From Macrostomum hystrix (Eukaryota; Animalia; Platyhelminthes): a DNA stretch of 64,000 nucleotides. The position numbers and the translations under genes are program-made. The stretch's first letter is position 1; every line of letters begins with the position of its first letter. A model generated the notes under the pieces. That model was given only the letters and a program-made list of their open reading frames with translations. It was not told the DNA's origin and ran no database searches. The stretch covers positions 12,586,001-12,650,000 of the forward strand of contig CATNEN010000038.1 of NCBI GenBank assembly GCA_950097015.1, in the 5' to 3' direction. This document shows, one piece after another, positions 11,047 to 23,900 of this stretch.

Positions 11047-13978
11047 CTAGACTTTATCAGCGGGCCTGGGAGGCGGCAGCACGCCGGACTGCGGCCTCTC
11101 GTAGCCGTACAGCATGGTGGCCGCGATCACAAAGCTGGCGCCGCTGAAGAACGCGACGCTAGGAGCGAAGTCGGCCAGCCACAGCCAGGACACCAGGGTG
11201 CTGAGAATGATTGACACGGCGTTGGCGAAGCCTTTCAAAATATTGTCGGCGTATTTGATAACGGCGGCTATCACCAAGCCGCCGAACGCGTGCAGGCCGA
11301 TGACCAGCCAGACCCAGGCCGTGTAGCCCTGGAAGAAGCCGTCGGCGGCGATGCGGTCCCAGTCGGAGCCGGCCACGCCAGCCAGGCCCAGCAGGGAACC
11401 GAACAGGCCCAGCTGAATGTTGCGCATCCAGACGGAGGCTGGCGAACCCTGGCAACATGCGGCACCATATGTTTAGTTTTTGGAGGGATTCTCAATTTCG
11501 ATAAGATATTTTGGGATCCTCGATTTAAATAGAATATTTGGGATTTTTATTTCAATGGGATACTTTGAGATTCTCGATTTCTATGGGATATTTTGGGATC
11601 CTCGATTTGAATGGGATATTTTGGGATTCTTGATTTGAATGGGATATTTTGGGATTCTTGATTTGAATGGGATATTTTGGGATTCTTGATTTGAATGGGA
11701 TATTTTGGGATTCTTGATTTGAATGGGATATTTTGGGATCCCTGATTTGTATGGGATATTTTGGGATACTAGATTTCTTTTGAATATTTTGGGATTTGTA
11801 CTTTTGATGAGATATTTTTGAATTCTTGACTTTAATGGGACATTTTGGGATTCGTGCTTGTGATGGGAGATTTTAAGACTCATTTTTTGTGATTGGAGAT
11901 TTTGGGATTATTGATTTAGATTGGATAATTCAAATTCTAAGTCTAATTGAAGCTTTCAAAGATAAAATACCTTTCTACTCATCTGAACGGCTTACAAATT
12001 TATGTTCTAGATAAGACATTCTAGATCAGTTACGGAAAGTAAAGAATCCAAGCACCAGATTCCTACCTTTAGAATCTTCTCAAAGTAGACTCCAGCGAAG
12101 CCGCTGCTGCAACAGGCGGACAGCACAGCCACCAGGCCCACCATCTGGCTAGAGACACTGGAGGCCGACGTTGAAGCGGCAGCCGAGGATTTTTTCTCGC
12201 TGGGCAGCTGAACTAGGGCCACGCCGGTGAACAGGATCAGCAGGGCCAGCCACTTAGTGCCAGAGATGGCTTTGCGCAGTAGAATCACAGAGAATACGGC
12301 TGTTGTGAGAATCTTCAGCTGGTATGTGACCTGCGGTTCCAGGGTGGCAATTAGGGAATGGGCCACTTAGATGATTGATCAGGTCTATCAGGGATGGATA
12401 CTTGGGTCAGGGATGTTCAGGTGGGTCAGGTGAGTTAGGGATGGACACTTGGGTCAGGTGAGTTAGGGATGGACACTTGGGTCAGGTGAGTTAGGGATGG
12501 ACACTTGGGTCAGGTGAGTTAGGGATGGACACTTGGGTCAGGTGAGTTAGGGATGGACACTTGGGTCAGGTGAGTTAGGGATGGACACTTGGGTCAGGTG
12601 AGTTAGGGATGGACACTTGGGTCAGGTGAGTTAGGGATGGCCACTTGGGTCAGGTGAGTTAGGGATGGACACTTGGGTCAGGTGAGTTAGGGATGGACAC
12701 TTGGGTCAGGTGAGTCAGGGATGGGCACTGTAACACTAAAAGTGGGGAACGAACCTCGCGCTGGCAGACCGAGGCCTGTTTCTGGCTTGTTTGCCTTCGT
12801 CAGTCAGCCATAGCCACACGCAGTCCTCTTCCACCACTCTTAGTGTGCACAGAAGTATCTTTTAACCTTGCCATTTTTATGGCGATACTTTTTTGTGTTA
12901 TGTGAGAGTTTTGCAGCCAAGTCTTTGCTTTTCTACTGTTGTCAGTAGTCTGAATTGTATCTCTCAATACAATTGTTGTTCAGGTCAGTGTTGTTCAGGT
13001 GGGTTAGGTGGGTCAGGGATGGTCAGGTGGGTTAGGTGGGTCAGGGATGGTCAGGTGGGTTAGGTGGGTCAGGGATGGTCAGGTGGGTTAGGTGGGTCAG
13101 GGATGGTCAGGTGGGTTAGGGATGGTCACGTGGGTCAGGGATTGTCAGGTGGGTTAGGTGGGTCAGGGATGGTCAGATAGGTTAGGTGGGTCAGGGATGT
13201 TCAGGTGGGTTAGGTGGGTCAGGGATGGTCAGGTGGGTTAGGTGGGTCAGGGATGGTCAGGTGGGTTAGGTGGGTCAGGGATGGTCAGGTGGGTTAGGTG
13301 TGTCAGGGAAGGTCAGGGGGTCACGGATGGTCACGTGGATCAGGGATAAACACATGGGTCAGGGAAGGCCAGGTGTCTGTTGGGTCAAGGATGATTACGT
13401 GGATCAGGGATAAACACATGGGTCAGGGAAGGCCAGGTGTCTGTTGGGTCAAGGATGATTACGTGGGTCAGGGATGGTAACGTGGGTCAGGGATGGTCAC
13501 GTGGGTCAGGGGTAGCTAGGATAGGTGAGTCAGGGATAGCTAGAACGGGTGGGTCAGGAATATTGGGTCAGAATAATTAGGCGCGAATAGTAAGTAGGAT
13601 CAGGTAGGTCAATATCGTTGGCCAAACCTGGTACAATGCGGCATTCAGATGTGACAGGGCTATGAATAGCAGGTTATTCTGCAGGGTGTACAGGCCAGCT
13701 GGCACAGCTAGTTTCAGGGTGTCCTTCCAGTTGTCGAGCAGTTCGGAGTGCAAATCGCGCACTGTTAGCTTAATTGAGAAGCCGTGCTCCCTGGCAACTA
13801 GCACTAGGCAGGTGAGCAGCTTGACAGCCTCGGCCATAACAACAGCCGTTGAGGGCAGGTAGAGCTTCTGGCCAGGCTCCGTGGCGTTGCGCGTGTACCG
13901 CATGACTAGGACCACCGAGGACGTCTGCAGGACTAGCAGCGTCAGGCTGATCCACTTCAGCTGCTGCTGGGTGGCCAT
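11047..13978 (-). CDS. SLC35A3: Golgi UDP-N-acetylglucosamine transporter (SLC35A3-like nucleotide-sugar transporter), ~338 aa
   Basis: Exons 13978-13628, 12330-12067, 11448-11047 (1017 nt, phase-0 introns). Motifs [63 protein letters not shown]. The C-terminal pattern fits A3 better than A2. Confidence 0.88.
11490..11920. repeat. Intronic ~28-bp minisatellite
   Basis: gatttgaatgggatattttgggattctt. Confidence 0.9.
12390..13570. repeat. Two G-rich intronic minisatellites (~28-bp units) separated by an insertion
   Basis: gggtcaggtgagttagggatggacactt (12390-12728) and ggtcaggtgggttaggtgggtcagggat (12975-13570). Confidence 0.93.
12729..12971. mobile_element. Unique ~243-bp insertion (TGTA...TACA, solo-LTR-like) splitting an intronic minisatellite
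   Basis: Non-repetitive block with TG..CA ends between two G-rich arrays in SLC35A3 intron 1. No TSD. Confidence 0.35.
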
Positions 13979-14035
13979 TGTCTCACAGCTGTTAATTATT
14001 TAAATTCGGTTAGGATTAGTATCTGGGAGAATAGG

Positions 14036-15480
14036 ACGAGGATCTGTGAGGATTGGATATTGAGAATCTGTGAGGATGGGATATTGACGATCTGTGAGGA
14101 TGGGATATTGATGATCTGTGAGGATGGGATATTGACGATCTGTGAGGATGGGATATTGAGAATCTGTGAGGATGGAATATTGACGATCTGTGAGGATGGA
14201 ATATTGAGGATCTGTGAGGATGGGATATTGACGATCTGTGAGGATGGAATATTGAGGATCTGTGAGGATGGGATATTGACGATCTGTGAGGATGGAATAT
14301 TGACGATCTGTGAGGATGGGATATTGAGAATCTGTGAGGATGGAATATTGACGATCTGTGAGGATGGAATATTGAGAATCTGTGAGGATGGGATATTGAC
14401 GATCTGTGAGGATGGAATATTGAGGATCTGTGAGGATGGGATATTGACGATCTGTGAGGATGGAATATTGAGAATCTGTGAGGATGGGATATTGACGATC
14501 TGTGAGGATGGAATATTGAGGATCTGTGAGGATGGGATATTGACGATCTGTGAGGATGGAATATTGACGATCTGTGAGGATGGAATATTGAGAATCTGTG
14601 AGGATGGGATATTGACGATCTGTGAGGATGGAATATTGAGGATCTGTGAGGATGGGATATTGACGATCTGTGAGGATGGAATATTGACGATCTGTGAGGA
14701 TGGGATATTGACGATCTGTGAGGATGGAATATTGAGGATCTGTGAGGATGGGATATTGACGATCTGTGAGGATGAAATATTGACGATCTGTGAGGATGGG
14801 ATATTGAGAATCTGTGAGGATGGAATATTGACGATCTGTGAGGATGGGATATTGAGGATCTGTGAGGATGGGATATTGAGGATCTGTGAGGATGGGATAT
14901 TGACGATCTGTGAGGATGGGATATTGAGAATCTGTGAGGATGGAATATTGAGAATCTGTGAGGATGGAATATTGACGATCTGTGAGGATGGGATATTGAG
15001 GATCTGTGAGGATGGGATGAGGATCTGTGAGAATGGGATGAGGATCTGTGAGAATGGGATGAGGATCTGTGAGAATAGAATGAGGATCTTTGAGAATGGG
15101 ATGAGGATCTGTGAGAATGGAATGAGGATCTGTGAGAATAGGATTTTTGAGGACCTGTGAGAATGGAATGAGGATCTGTGAGAATGGGATGAGGATCTGT
15201 GAGAATGGAATGAGGATCTGTGAGAATGGGATGAGGATCTGTGAGAATGGAATGAGGATCTGTGAGAATGGGATGAGGATCTGTGAGAATGGAATGAGGA
15301 TATGTGAGAATGGGATGAGCATCTGTGAGAATAGAATGAGGATCTTTGAGAATGGGATGAGGATCTGTGAGAATGGAATGAGGATCGGTGAGAATAGGAT
15401 TTTTGAGGAACTGTGAGAATGGGATATTGAGGATCTGTGAGGACGGGGTGAGGATCTGTGTTGACGCGACGCTGAGGATC
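14036..15480. repeat. 24-bp grading into 21-bp minisatellite
   Basis: gatctgtgaggatgggatattgac, then gatctgtgagaatgggatgag. Confidence 0.97.
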
Positions 15481-16027
15481 TGATGTGGGAAATGAACTGG
15501 GGATCTGGGAGAATCATCCTAAGATCAGAATTTTATAATTTGTTCGTTGTCAAGACTAGCACCTGCTTTAATTACCTGTTTATATACAATATAAGAATGA
15601 AAAACTGTCTTAATGTAAAACAAAAGTGAATGACAATATATTTATTGAAGACAAAAGGGGCGACTTTATATAAAAATAATAATGCCAGAGATTATTGTCT
15701 GATTACAATATTAAAAAAGTAACCATGCAGCATTAAAAATCGCCATGTACACTAAGCGAAACAGCGCGCACAAGTGTACCACAGGGAAAGAGAAGATTGG
15801 TAAGCAGTTGGAAAACGTGAGAAAAAACACTACATCGTACTACAAAAAACACTAGATTCATGCTTCGAGAGCTAACACTGATTTTTTTAATAATAGGCAT
15901 ATAATAAAGACAAACTAAAGAAAGATTTATTTACTGAGAAGGCACAGGTACGAAATGAGACACGAGACAACGAGCTGCTGTTAATGTTCTAGAAAGCGCC
16001 ATTTTTGGCTTGTGAGAAATCCGGTGG

Positions 16028-16170
16028 GGTGGGTGGCAGAGCAGTTTGCCTCTCGCAGCTCGCAGCGTACAAAGGTCCCTGAGCTCGATTCCGCAGCTAA
16101 GGCCGAATTCATTTGAGGCGCAGCCGCGGGGAGAAGGCTTGGGGGCTTGTTGTGTAATTTAGACCCTTGA
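16028..16170 (+). mobile_element. tRNA-derived SINE-like repeat
   Basis: A-box-like TGGCAGAGCAG (16034) and B-box-like GAGCTCGATTCC (16081). Head is shared with 51020-51140; body ggccg..ttcatt..ggcgcagccgc..gaaggctt is shared with 5884-5945. Confidence 0.65.
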
Positions 16171-16819
16171 GGGAGAACCCCATTGTGACTTTGAAGTTGA
16201 AAAATGGGATTATTTTATAGATAACGGGGAGTTAAAAACACAAAAGTGGCTAGCAAGCCAGAATTCGATTAACAGAAAAATGAGCAACTTAACGAACACA
16301 ACGGAAGCACAACGCATGACAGCACAGTGCAGTCGCATTTACTTGCCTGAAACGAAACAATACATCATTTTTGAAGCATCAAGACGATAAAAAACTGGCA
16401 AAACTCGCACAGACGACTAACCGAATGGAATATAATAACTCTGTTAACAAAAGCGGGAAATTTTTGGTACAACCGAACTTAAAAATGGAACACATTCTTT
16501 TGAATAAATATGGACAGCTACAAGACTGTATTTAAATAAAAAAACTTTGTGTTAGAGCAAGCGACGTTTACGAATTTTACTAAAACAAATAAATAAACTG
16601 CTACCTACTATCTAAATAAACAAACAAAATCTCTACAAACAAATAGTTCAAGCTGCACTAAAACGTTTAGATTTTTGACACAAATTCAAATTTAAACATT
16701 GAATTGATAAATAAATAAATAAACAAACGGAATCTCTCTATATTTGTTTTCTTTTGGACGTGATAAGGTGAAAACTATTACAAAAATGATTAGCTGCAGT
16801 TTAGAAAATACTTCTACGT

Positions 16820-17335
16820 TTCTACAAGCTTTCTCTGGACTGGTACTGAGTTTCCTCAGTCTTGTACAAGCTTTCAATAGACTGGTACTGAGTATTGTCA
16901 GTCTTGTACAAGCTTTCTCTAGACTGGTACTGAGTTTCGTCAGTCTTGTACAAGCTTTCTCTAGACTGGTACTGAGTTTCGTCAGTCTTGTACAAGCTTT
17001 CTCTAGACTGGTACTGAGTTTCGTCAGTCTTGTACAAGCTTTCAATAGACTGGTACTGAGTATTGTCAGTCTTGTACAAGCTTTCTCTAGACTGGTACTG
17101 AGTATTTTCAGTCTTGTACAAGCTTTCTCTAGACTGGTACTGAGTTTCGTCAGTCTTGTACAAGCTTTCTCTAGACTGGTACTGAGTTTCGTCAGTCTTG
17201 TACAAGCTTTCTCTAGACTGGTACTGAGTTTCGTCAGTCTTGTACAAGTTTTCTCCAGACTGGTACTGAGTTTTGTCAGTCTTGTACTAGTTTTCTCCAG
17301 ACTGGTACTGAGTTTTGTCAGTTTTGTACAAGCAA
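16820..17335. repeat. 42-bp minisatellite downstream of SHOC2
   Basis: cttgtacaagctttctctagactggtactgagtttcgtcagt, ~12 copies. Confidence 0.96.
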
Positions 17336-17655
17336 GCGTCTCACCAGACTTGTACAAACCAAAAAGTAAAAAACAACTTGAAAAAATACCAAAAAAGCAG
17401 AAAGCATTTAAAAATTTGCTGTACTTGAATGAATTCAGTTAAAATAAATGAACAGTGTTGGAAAACAAAACAGATATCGAAAACAACTAAGCGATAACAA
17501 TTTATTTGGCCCTTTGACACCGGCCATAGCAGAACACAGTGTGTTAAGCGTTGGAGATTCAATCTGGACTGAAGGAAATAAATTCAGGTTGAAAAATATT
17601 TTACTTAAAAAAATAATATGAATATAACAAACACTACAAGTGCAACGTACTTTGG

Positions 17656-19692
17656 TCAGAGGTCGTGCACCTGGCAGTTGCGCTCGTAGCTGTACACCTG
17701 TTTGAGAAATTGCATCACTACATTGGAGCCTGAGGTGACGATCTCGGCTGGAATGTGGCTGAGTCGGCAGTGCTCAATGTTGAGCAGTTCCAGCTTGGAG
17801 CAGACAGACAGGGTGGAGGGCAGGTTATCCAGTTCCGGGTTCTCATTCAGGTAGAGCTCCTTCAGGGCGGACATTTGGCCGATTTCGCGGGGCACATCGC
17901 GCAGGCAGTTCTCGCTGAGACGCAGCACAGTCAATGGCAGCAGCGTGACACCTAGCGGGATGGTTGTCAGACGGTTGGCAGTCAGGTTGAGCTCGCGTAG
18001 GTCAGTGAGGTGGCCGATTTCAGCAGGCAGGGTATCCAGGCGGTTGTACTCGAGTTCCAGACGGCGCAGAGCCACGCAGCCGCCGATGCCTTCGCTGAGG
18101 CTGTCGATGTTGTTATGACTGAGGATGAGGGTCTCCAGACGCTGCAGATGATGCATCTCAGCGGGAATGGCTGTCAGGCTGTTGTTTCCTAGGTCCAGTG
18201 AAACCAGGTGACGCAGGCAGAGCATATCCTCAGGATTTAGAGATTGGATCTCGTTAGTATTGAGGTTGAGTATAGTGAGGTGCTTGGCTGAGTTAAAGAT
18301 GCCATAGGGGATGCCGGAGATCTGGTTGTTGTCCATAGACAGGGACAGAACGCTGGCGAATTGGGCCGGGCCGCCGGGCGGGAAGTGGACAAAGTGATTT
18401 CGGGACAGCACAATGCTACTAAGCCGGCGCATATTGGCCAGCATGCCCTCTGGCAGGGTGGAGATGTCATTGTTCTCAATGTTGAACTCCTCGAGTTTGT
18501 GACAGTTGGTGAGGGTCTTGGGTATGCTAGCCAGTCGGTTGTACTTCAAGCTTAGCCGAGTGAGGCTTCGCAGCTCGCCGATATTCTCAGGCAGGGCGGT
18601 GAGGCAATTGTGCTGCAGGTTGACATCTGAGAGCAGGATGCAGCGGCCGATTTCTTCTGGAATCTGTTCAATGCGGTTGTTGGACAGGTCCAGTTTGATG
18701 AGCTGGCGCAATGTGCCAATAGAGCTGGGTATTGTGCCCTGGATCTGGTTGCGATTCACCACCAGTACCATGAGGCTGATGAGGTTGCCAATCTCTGGGT
18801 CGATGGCGGTGATTTTGTTGTAGGTTAGCAGCAGCTGAGTGAGGCCGTATAGCTTGTAGATAACTGGCGGAAATTTGCCATCGAGTCGATTGTGACGCAG
18901 GTCGAGCACTTTGAGCTTGGTGAGGTACTGCATGGCCATGGGCAGGGTGGTCAGGCAGTTCTGCTGCAGCATGAGCTTCTCCAGGCTGACCATGGCGCCG
19001 ATCTGCTCAGGCAGCTGGGTGAGCTTGTTCTCGTAGAGGTACAGCTCGGTGACAAAGTTCAGATCGCGCACAGTTGGCGGCAGAACTGTCAGGCGCTTGC
19101 TGGACAGGTCCAAGATGTTATCCACGCTCAGCTTGCATTTGGCCACCTCCTTGGAGACGTCTGGAGTTTTCTCCTTCTTGTTGGCCGCCGATTTGTAAGG
19201 CGCCTCCAGCTTCTTGCTAGATGGCGTCTGGACCATGACAGTCTTTGGCTTGCTGACATGATGCCGAGAGCTGTCAGTCAGGGCCACGGAGCTGAAACTG
19301 CCAGCTAGGTTTTCAACGCCGGCGACTGCGGCTTGGGACGGCGGCGGAGCTGTCGAAGCTGTCGCCGCAGCCGCAGCGGCTGCGGCCAGGCGGGCGGCGG
19401 GCAGGTTCTGATAATCGTCGCCGCTGCCAGGCGTGATGGAAAAATAAGCATTGGGCTCTAGTTCGCTGTTGAAGAACTGCGGCGCCGAGTTCAGCAGCTC
19501 CTGTGGGATGCCGCCGCCGCCGCCGCTGCTGCTGGTGGAGCCGAACAGGTGATATTCTCGATTGTAGTGATTTAGCCGTTCTGAAATGCGCTGATCCGAC
19601 ATCTGCGGCGGCGACTGGCCGGGAACAGCAGAGCCTGACGCAGTCATCAGCGAGCTGGCCTGACTGGCCGACCTGTCTAAGGGGCGGGCCAT
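17656..19692 (-). CDS. SHOC2: Leucine-rich repeat protein SHOC2/Sur-8 (Ras-ERK scaffold), ~678 aa, single coding exon
   Basis: About 20 LRRs with SHOC2-typical segments: ELYLYENKL, LDLRHNRL, FPPGGPAQF, IPYGIF, LYLNENPELDNLP, IPAEIVTSG. First in-frame ATG at 19692. Acceptor ttattttttcag ends at 19770. Confidence 0.92.
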   Translation of the reverse strand: MARPLDRSASQASSLMTASGSAVPGQSPPQMSDQRISERLNHYNREYHLFGSTSSSGGGGGIPQELLNSAPQFFNSELEPNAYFSITPGSGDDYQNLPAARLAAAAAAAATASTAPPPSQAAVAGVENLAGSFSSVALTDSSRHHVSKPKTVMVQTPSSKKLEAPYKSAANKKEKTPDVSKEVAKCKLSVDNILDLSSKRLTVLPPTVRDLNFVTELYLYENKLTQLPEQIGAMVSLEKLMLQQNCLTTLPMAMQYLTKLKVLDLRHNRLDGKFPPVIYKLYGLTQLLLTYNKITAIDPEIGNLISLMVLVVNRNQIQGTIPSSIGTLRQLIKLDLSNNRIEQIPEEIGRCILLSDVNLQHNCLTALPENIGELRSLTRLSLKYNRLASIPKTLTNCHKLEEFNIENNDISTLPEGMLANMRRLSSIVLSRNHFVHFPPGGPAQFASVLSLSMDNNQISGIPYGIFNSAKHLTILNLNTNEIQSLNPEDMLCLRHLVSLDLGNNSLTAIPAEMHHLQRLETLILSHNNIDSLSEGIGGCVALRRLELEYNRLDTLPAEIGHLTDLRELNLTANRLTTIPLGVTLLPLTVLRLSENCLRDVPREIGQMSALKELYLNENPELDNLPSTLSVCSKLELLNIEHCRLSHIPAEIVTSGSNVVMQFLKQVYSYERNCQVHDL

Positions 19693-19821
19693 TGCGATGC
19701 ACCTTTCTGCTTTGATCAACTCGCGCGTTTGTAAAAATTGAAACTGCCGCTTTAGTGACTGAGAGACGGCTGAAAAAATAAGTGCGATGCAAAATATTAA
19801 GCGTGGATAGAAAGGTATTGC

Positions 19822-19960
19822 GACTGGGCATTGTGGGGTGTCAGGACTGACTGGGATATTGTGGGGTGTCAGGACTGACTGGGATATTGTGGGGTGTCAG
19901 GACTGACTGGGATATTGTGGGGTGTCAGGACTGACTGGGATATTGTAGGGAGTCAGCACT
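19822..19960. repeat. 28-bp tandem repeat upstream of the SHOC2 acceptor
   Basis: gactgggatattgtggggtgtcaggact, ~4.5 copies. Confidence 0.9.
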
Positions 19961-20775
19961 GTCTGGAGTGTGTCAGCAGTGCAAAATATCTAAATCAACA
20001 TCTGTTTTCTATAACAGTCAATAATTTGCAGACTTGCAAGGCTAAAATGAAAACACGAACCTAGAAGAGCACAGTTTGAGTTGCCAGAATGATCAAACAG
20101 CTGCTAAACTAGGAAGTCAATGAATGCCTATTAAATTATATTTAAATTAGCACAGATCTTTGGTTTAGATTTGACAGTACGTGTATAGCAAATAGTCCAT
20201 AAATTTAGTTTTTTTTCTAGCATTTCGGCAATATACTATTCATGCATATTTCTACTAAAAATATATAGCTCATTTTAAATAATAAAAGATGACAGAAAAC
20301 TATTTTGTTGAAAATCTATAACACAAAGTTGATAGACAATAAACTTCGGATTAAAATGTCGGAGATCTAAAATGGTTAGTAACTACAATCTAAAAGCTAT
20401 TAAATAATGGCTATTGGGTAACAAGCAGACAGACACTTATTTGTTAGAATGGGTGTGTGGCACTTTAACTACAGCGCGACGACAGCTCTTGCTCTCTCCA
20501 TTCTCTCTGATGCTCTCTTTTTAAAGTCTGTCTACTTCACATCTGGCCATGGCGAAAACTTTTTTCAACACATATCGGCCAGTACGCTTTTTTGTTATTT
20601 TTAAATAAAAAGGACGAAAAACACGGGAATATACTCAAATTTAGCGAAAAGACAATTTTATTAGTAATATATCGTTATTCTGGTAGACCGAAAAAAAAAT
20701 TTAAGAAAATATTCAGAGAGGCCAGGATTAACAAAGAGGTGACTATTAGGAGCAAGAGACACATTACAATACTAT

Positions 20776-20781
20776 TTTATT
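20776..20781 (-). terminator. Candidate poly(A) signal of ACO2
   Basis: AATAAA ~210 nt after the stop codon. Confidence 0.45.
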
Positions 20782-20991
20782 AACTAATCTGTTAGAATTC
20801 TAAAACGATAAATTCTTTGGATTTCGGAGTTTCACTGTCAGCTAGCAGCTAGGCATGCGTGAGCTGGGATTTAGTTAATAATAATTCTGGCAGTGGGTTA
20901 AGGGATTTCGCGCGGCACATCCTATACGTAGGCAGGGCGGGTGGGGGGCGGAAGGGCGGTTCGCAGATTAAGGCGTCAGTTACAAGTCTAG

Positions 20992-23900
20992 TTAATTCTT
21001 AGCCGCCTTCTGCAGGTCACGCATACGATTCAGAGCGCTGCCAGCCTTGAACCATTCGATCTGGTTCTCGTTCATCGAGTGCTTCAGGTAGATCTCATCC
21101 GAGGTGCCGTCGGAGTGCTTCACAACGCAGCGAACCTTCTTGCCAGGAGCCAGCTGGCCGAGGTCCTTCAGCGACACCCGGCTGTCCGGGCGGATCTTGT
21201 CGTAGTCAGCGGGCAACTCGAAGGTCAGCGGGAGCAGGCCCTGCGGGTTGGGGAGGGAAGGCGGTTGGGTAGATAGAGGAGGTTGGGTAGATAGCGGAGG
21301 TTGAATAGACAGCGGAGGTTAGTTAGATAAGCGGAGGTTGGGTAGACAGCGGAGGTTAGTTAGATAGCGGAGGTTGGGTAGACAGTGGAGGTTAGTTAGA
21401 TAGCGGTGGTTGGGTAGACAGCGGATGTTGGTTAGATAGCGGAGGTTGGGTAGATAGCGGAGGTTTGTTAGATAGCGGAGGGTTGGGTAGACAGCGGAGG
21501 TCGGTTAGATAGCGGATGCTGGGTAGATAGCAGAATGTTGGTCTAACCTGCTTCTTCAGGTTGGTCTCGTGGATGCGGGCGAAGCTCTTAACAATGATGG
21601 CCCGGGCGCCGAGGTGCCGCGGCTCCAGGGCGGCGTGCTCACGCGACGAGCCCTCGCCGTAGTTCTCGTCGCCGATGGCCACCCAGGCGAGGCCCTTGGC
21701 CTTGTAGGCGCGGGCCACAGCCGGCACGGTGTCGTATTTGCCAGTGAGCTGGTTCTTTAGCTTGTTGGCCTCGCCGTTCTCCGAGTTGATGGCGCCGATG
21801 AACATGTTGTTGGAGATGTTGTCCAGGTGGCCACGGTATTTTAGCCACGGCCCGGCCATGCTGATGTGGTCGGTTGTGCACTTGCCCTTGATTTTGATTA
21901 GCACCATCAGGTCGTCCAGGTCCTTGCCGTTCCACCGGTCGAAGGGTTCAAGCAGCTGCAGGCGGTCGCTCTTCGGGTCGACGTCCACCTGCGAGTGAAT
22001 TAAAAGTGCTAAAATTGCACAATGGTTCAGCAATGCAACTAACATGCTTATCGATTTCACCCAATTGCACAAGCAATGTCACCCTTATATTAGTACTAAC
22101 TCAGCAACGTCACTCTCCGCACCTTGAGGTGGCCACCATCGGCAGGTGGTGCCTGGTAGGTGTCTTGGCCGGGGTCAAATCCCTTGGCCGGCAGCGCGTC
22201 TCCCTGAGGCGGCTCCAGCTTGAACTTGGCTCCGTTGGCGTCAGTGAGCGAGTCGGTGAGGGGATTGAAGTCGAGCCGGCCGGCCAGGGCCAGGGCGGTG
22301 ACCATTTCTGGCGAAGTGACGAAGGCGTGCGTGGCGGGATTAGCGTCGTTGCGACCGGTGAAGTTCCTGTTGTAGGAGTTCACAATGGTGTTCTTGGTGC
22401 CCTTGGGAACATCCTTGCGATCCCACTGGCCGATGCAGGGCCCGCAGGCGTTGGCCAAAACAACGCCGCCAATGTCGGCCAAGGCCTTCGCCTGACCGTC
22501 GCGCTCGATAGTGGCGCGGATCTGCTCGGAGCCGGGAGTGATGACAAACTTGGCCTTGGCCTTGACACCGCGGCTGCTAGCCTGCCTGGCGATGGAGGCC
22601 GAGCGGGACATGTCTTCGTAGCTGGAGTTGGTGCACGAGCCGATGAGGCCGACGCTGATTTCCATAGGCCAGGCGTTGTCCTTGGCTGCCTGGGCCAGCT
22701 TGCTGATGGGGTGCGCCAGATCCGGGGTGAACGGCCCGTTGACATGGGGCTCCAGTTTGGACAGGTCGATCTCAATCAGCTGATCGTAGCGGGCGTCCTT
22801 GTCAGCGGTTAGCAGCACGCCTTTGTACATGCTGGCCAGGTCACCGATGTCTTTGCGACCGGTGGCAGCCAGGTAGTCCTGCATGCGGTCGTTGAACGGG
22901 AACACGGAGGTGGTGGCGCCAATCTCGGCGCCCATGTTGCAGATGGTGGCCATGCCGGTGCAGTTGATGGAGTCGACGCCGGGTCCGAAGTATTCAACAA
23001 TGGCCCCGGTGCCACCCTTGACGGTAAGGATGTCGGCCACCTTCAGGATGACATCCTTGGCGCTGGTCCAGCCGCTCATCTTGCCAGTTAGCTTGACGCC
23101 GATCACTTTCGGGCACTTTAACTCCCACGGGATGCCGGCCATAACGTCGACAGCGTCGGCGCCGCCAACGCCGATGCAAAGGCCGCCGAGGCCACCTCCG
23201 TTGGGCGTGTGCGAGTCCGTGCCAATGACAAGCAGGCCGGGATAGGCATAGTTCTCCAGCACAATCTGGTGGATGATGCCGGAGCCAGGCTTCCAGAATC
23301 CCACGCCGTATTTGGCAGCCGAGCTAGACAGGAAGGCGTAGACCTCTTTGTTTAAGTCCTTAGCTCTGGCAAGGTCTTTGTCGCTGCCAACCTGTGATAG
23401 ACAAAGGAAAGTTATCAGATAGAATTAAATATTAAATTGAGCGCTTTCTTTCTTCTAGTAGAGTCCTTCCAAAGGCTCTGTACACATCTGTTCCAGGGGC
23501 CTTCCAGAAGAGCCTCCCCTAGTTGTGGCGCCTTCCCTATTAGTGCCGCCCGCCTCCCTAGCAGTGGCGCCTCCCTAGTAGTAGCTCCCCGCAGTAGCTC
23601 GTCCTGGTACTGGCGCTCCCCAAAAGGCGCAGGCCCCCACTCCCAGACAAAAATCCTGGCTGGCTAGGCCACTGATCTGTTCAGTCCATGGACTAGGGAA
23701 CACGCCACACCGACCGAAATATATATTTTAGATGATATAGGTACCAATTTCACAACTGGGAAAAGTACAAGCTCGTTAAGGAATCTAGTAGCTAACTCAA
23801 AACAAATCTGCCCGATTTAAAAAATTTCCTGAGTTAACTTTCTCTACTCAAATTTACCTGAGCCTCAATCAGGTGATCGCAGTGAATGGTGGAGGGTACA

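Noticed and set aside
14000-15517. Long repetitive ORFs (505 and 366 aa), and similar ones at 4359, 7712, 10351, 16692, 24491, 27783 and 52481
   Set aside because: Translations of minisatellites that stay open on both strands or in several frames; located in introns or spacers.
22006-22812. 268-aa plus-strand ORF and other antisense ORFs over ACO2, SHOC2, SLC35A3 and dystroglycan
   Set aside because: Antisense shadows of GC3-rich coding exons.
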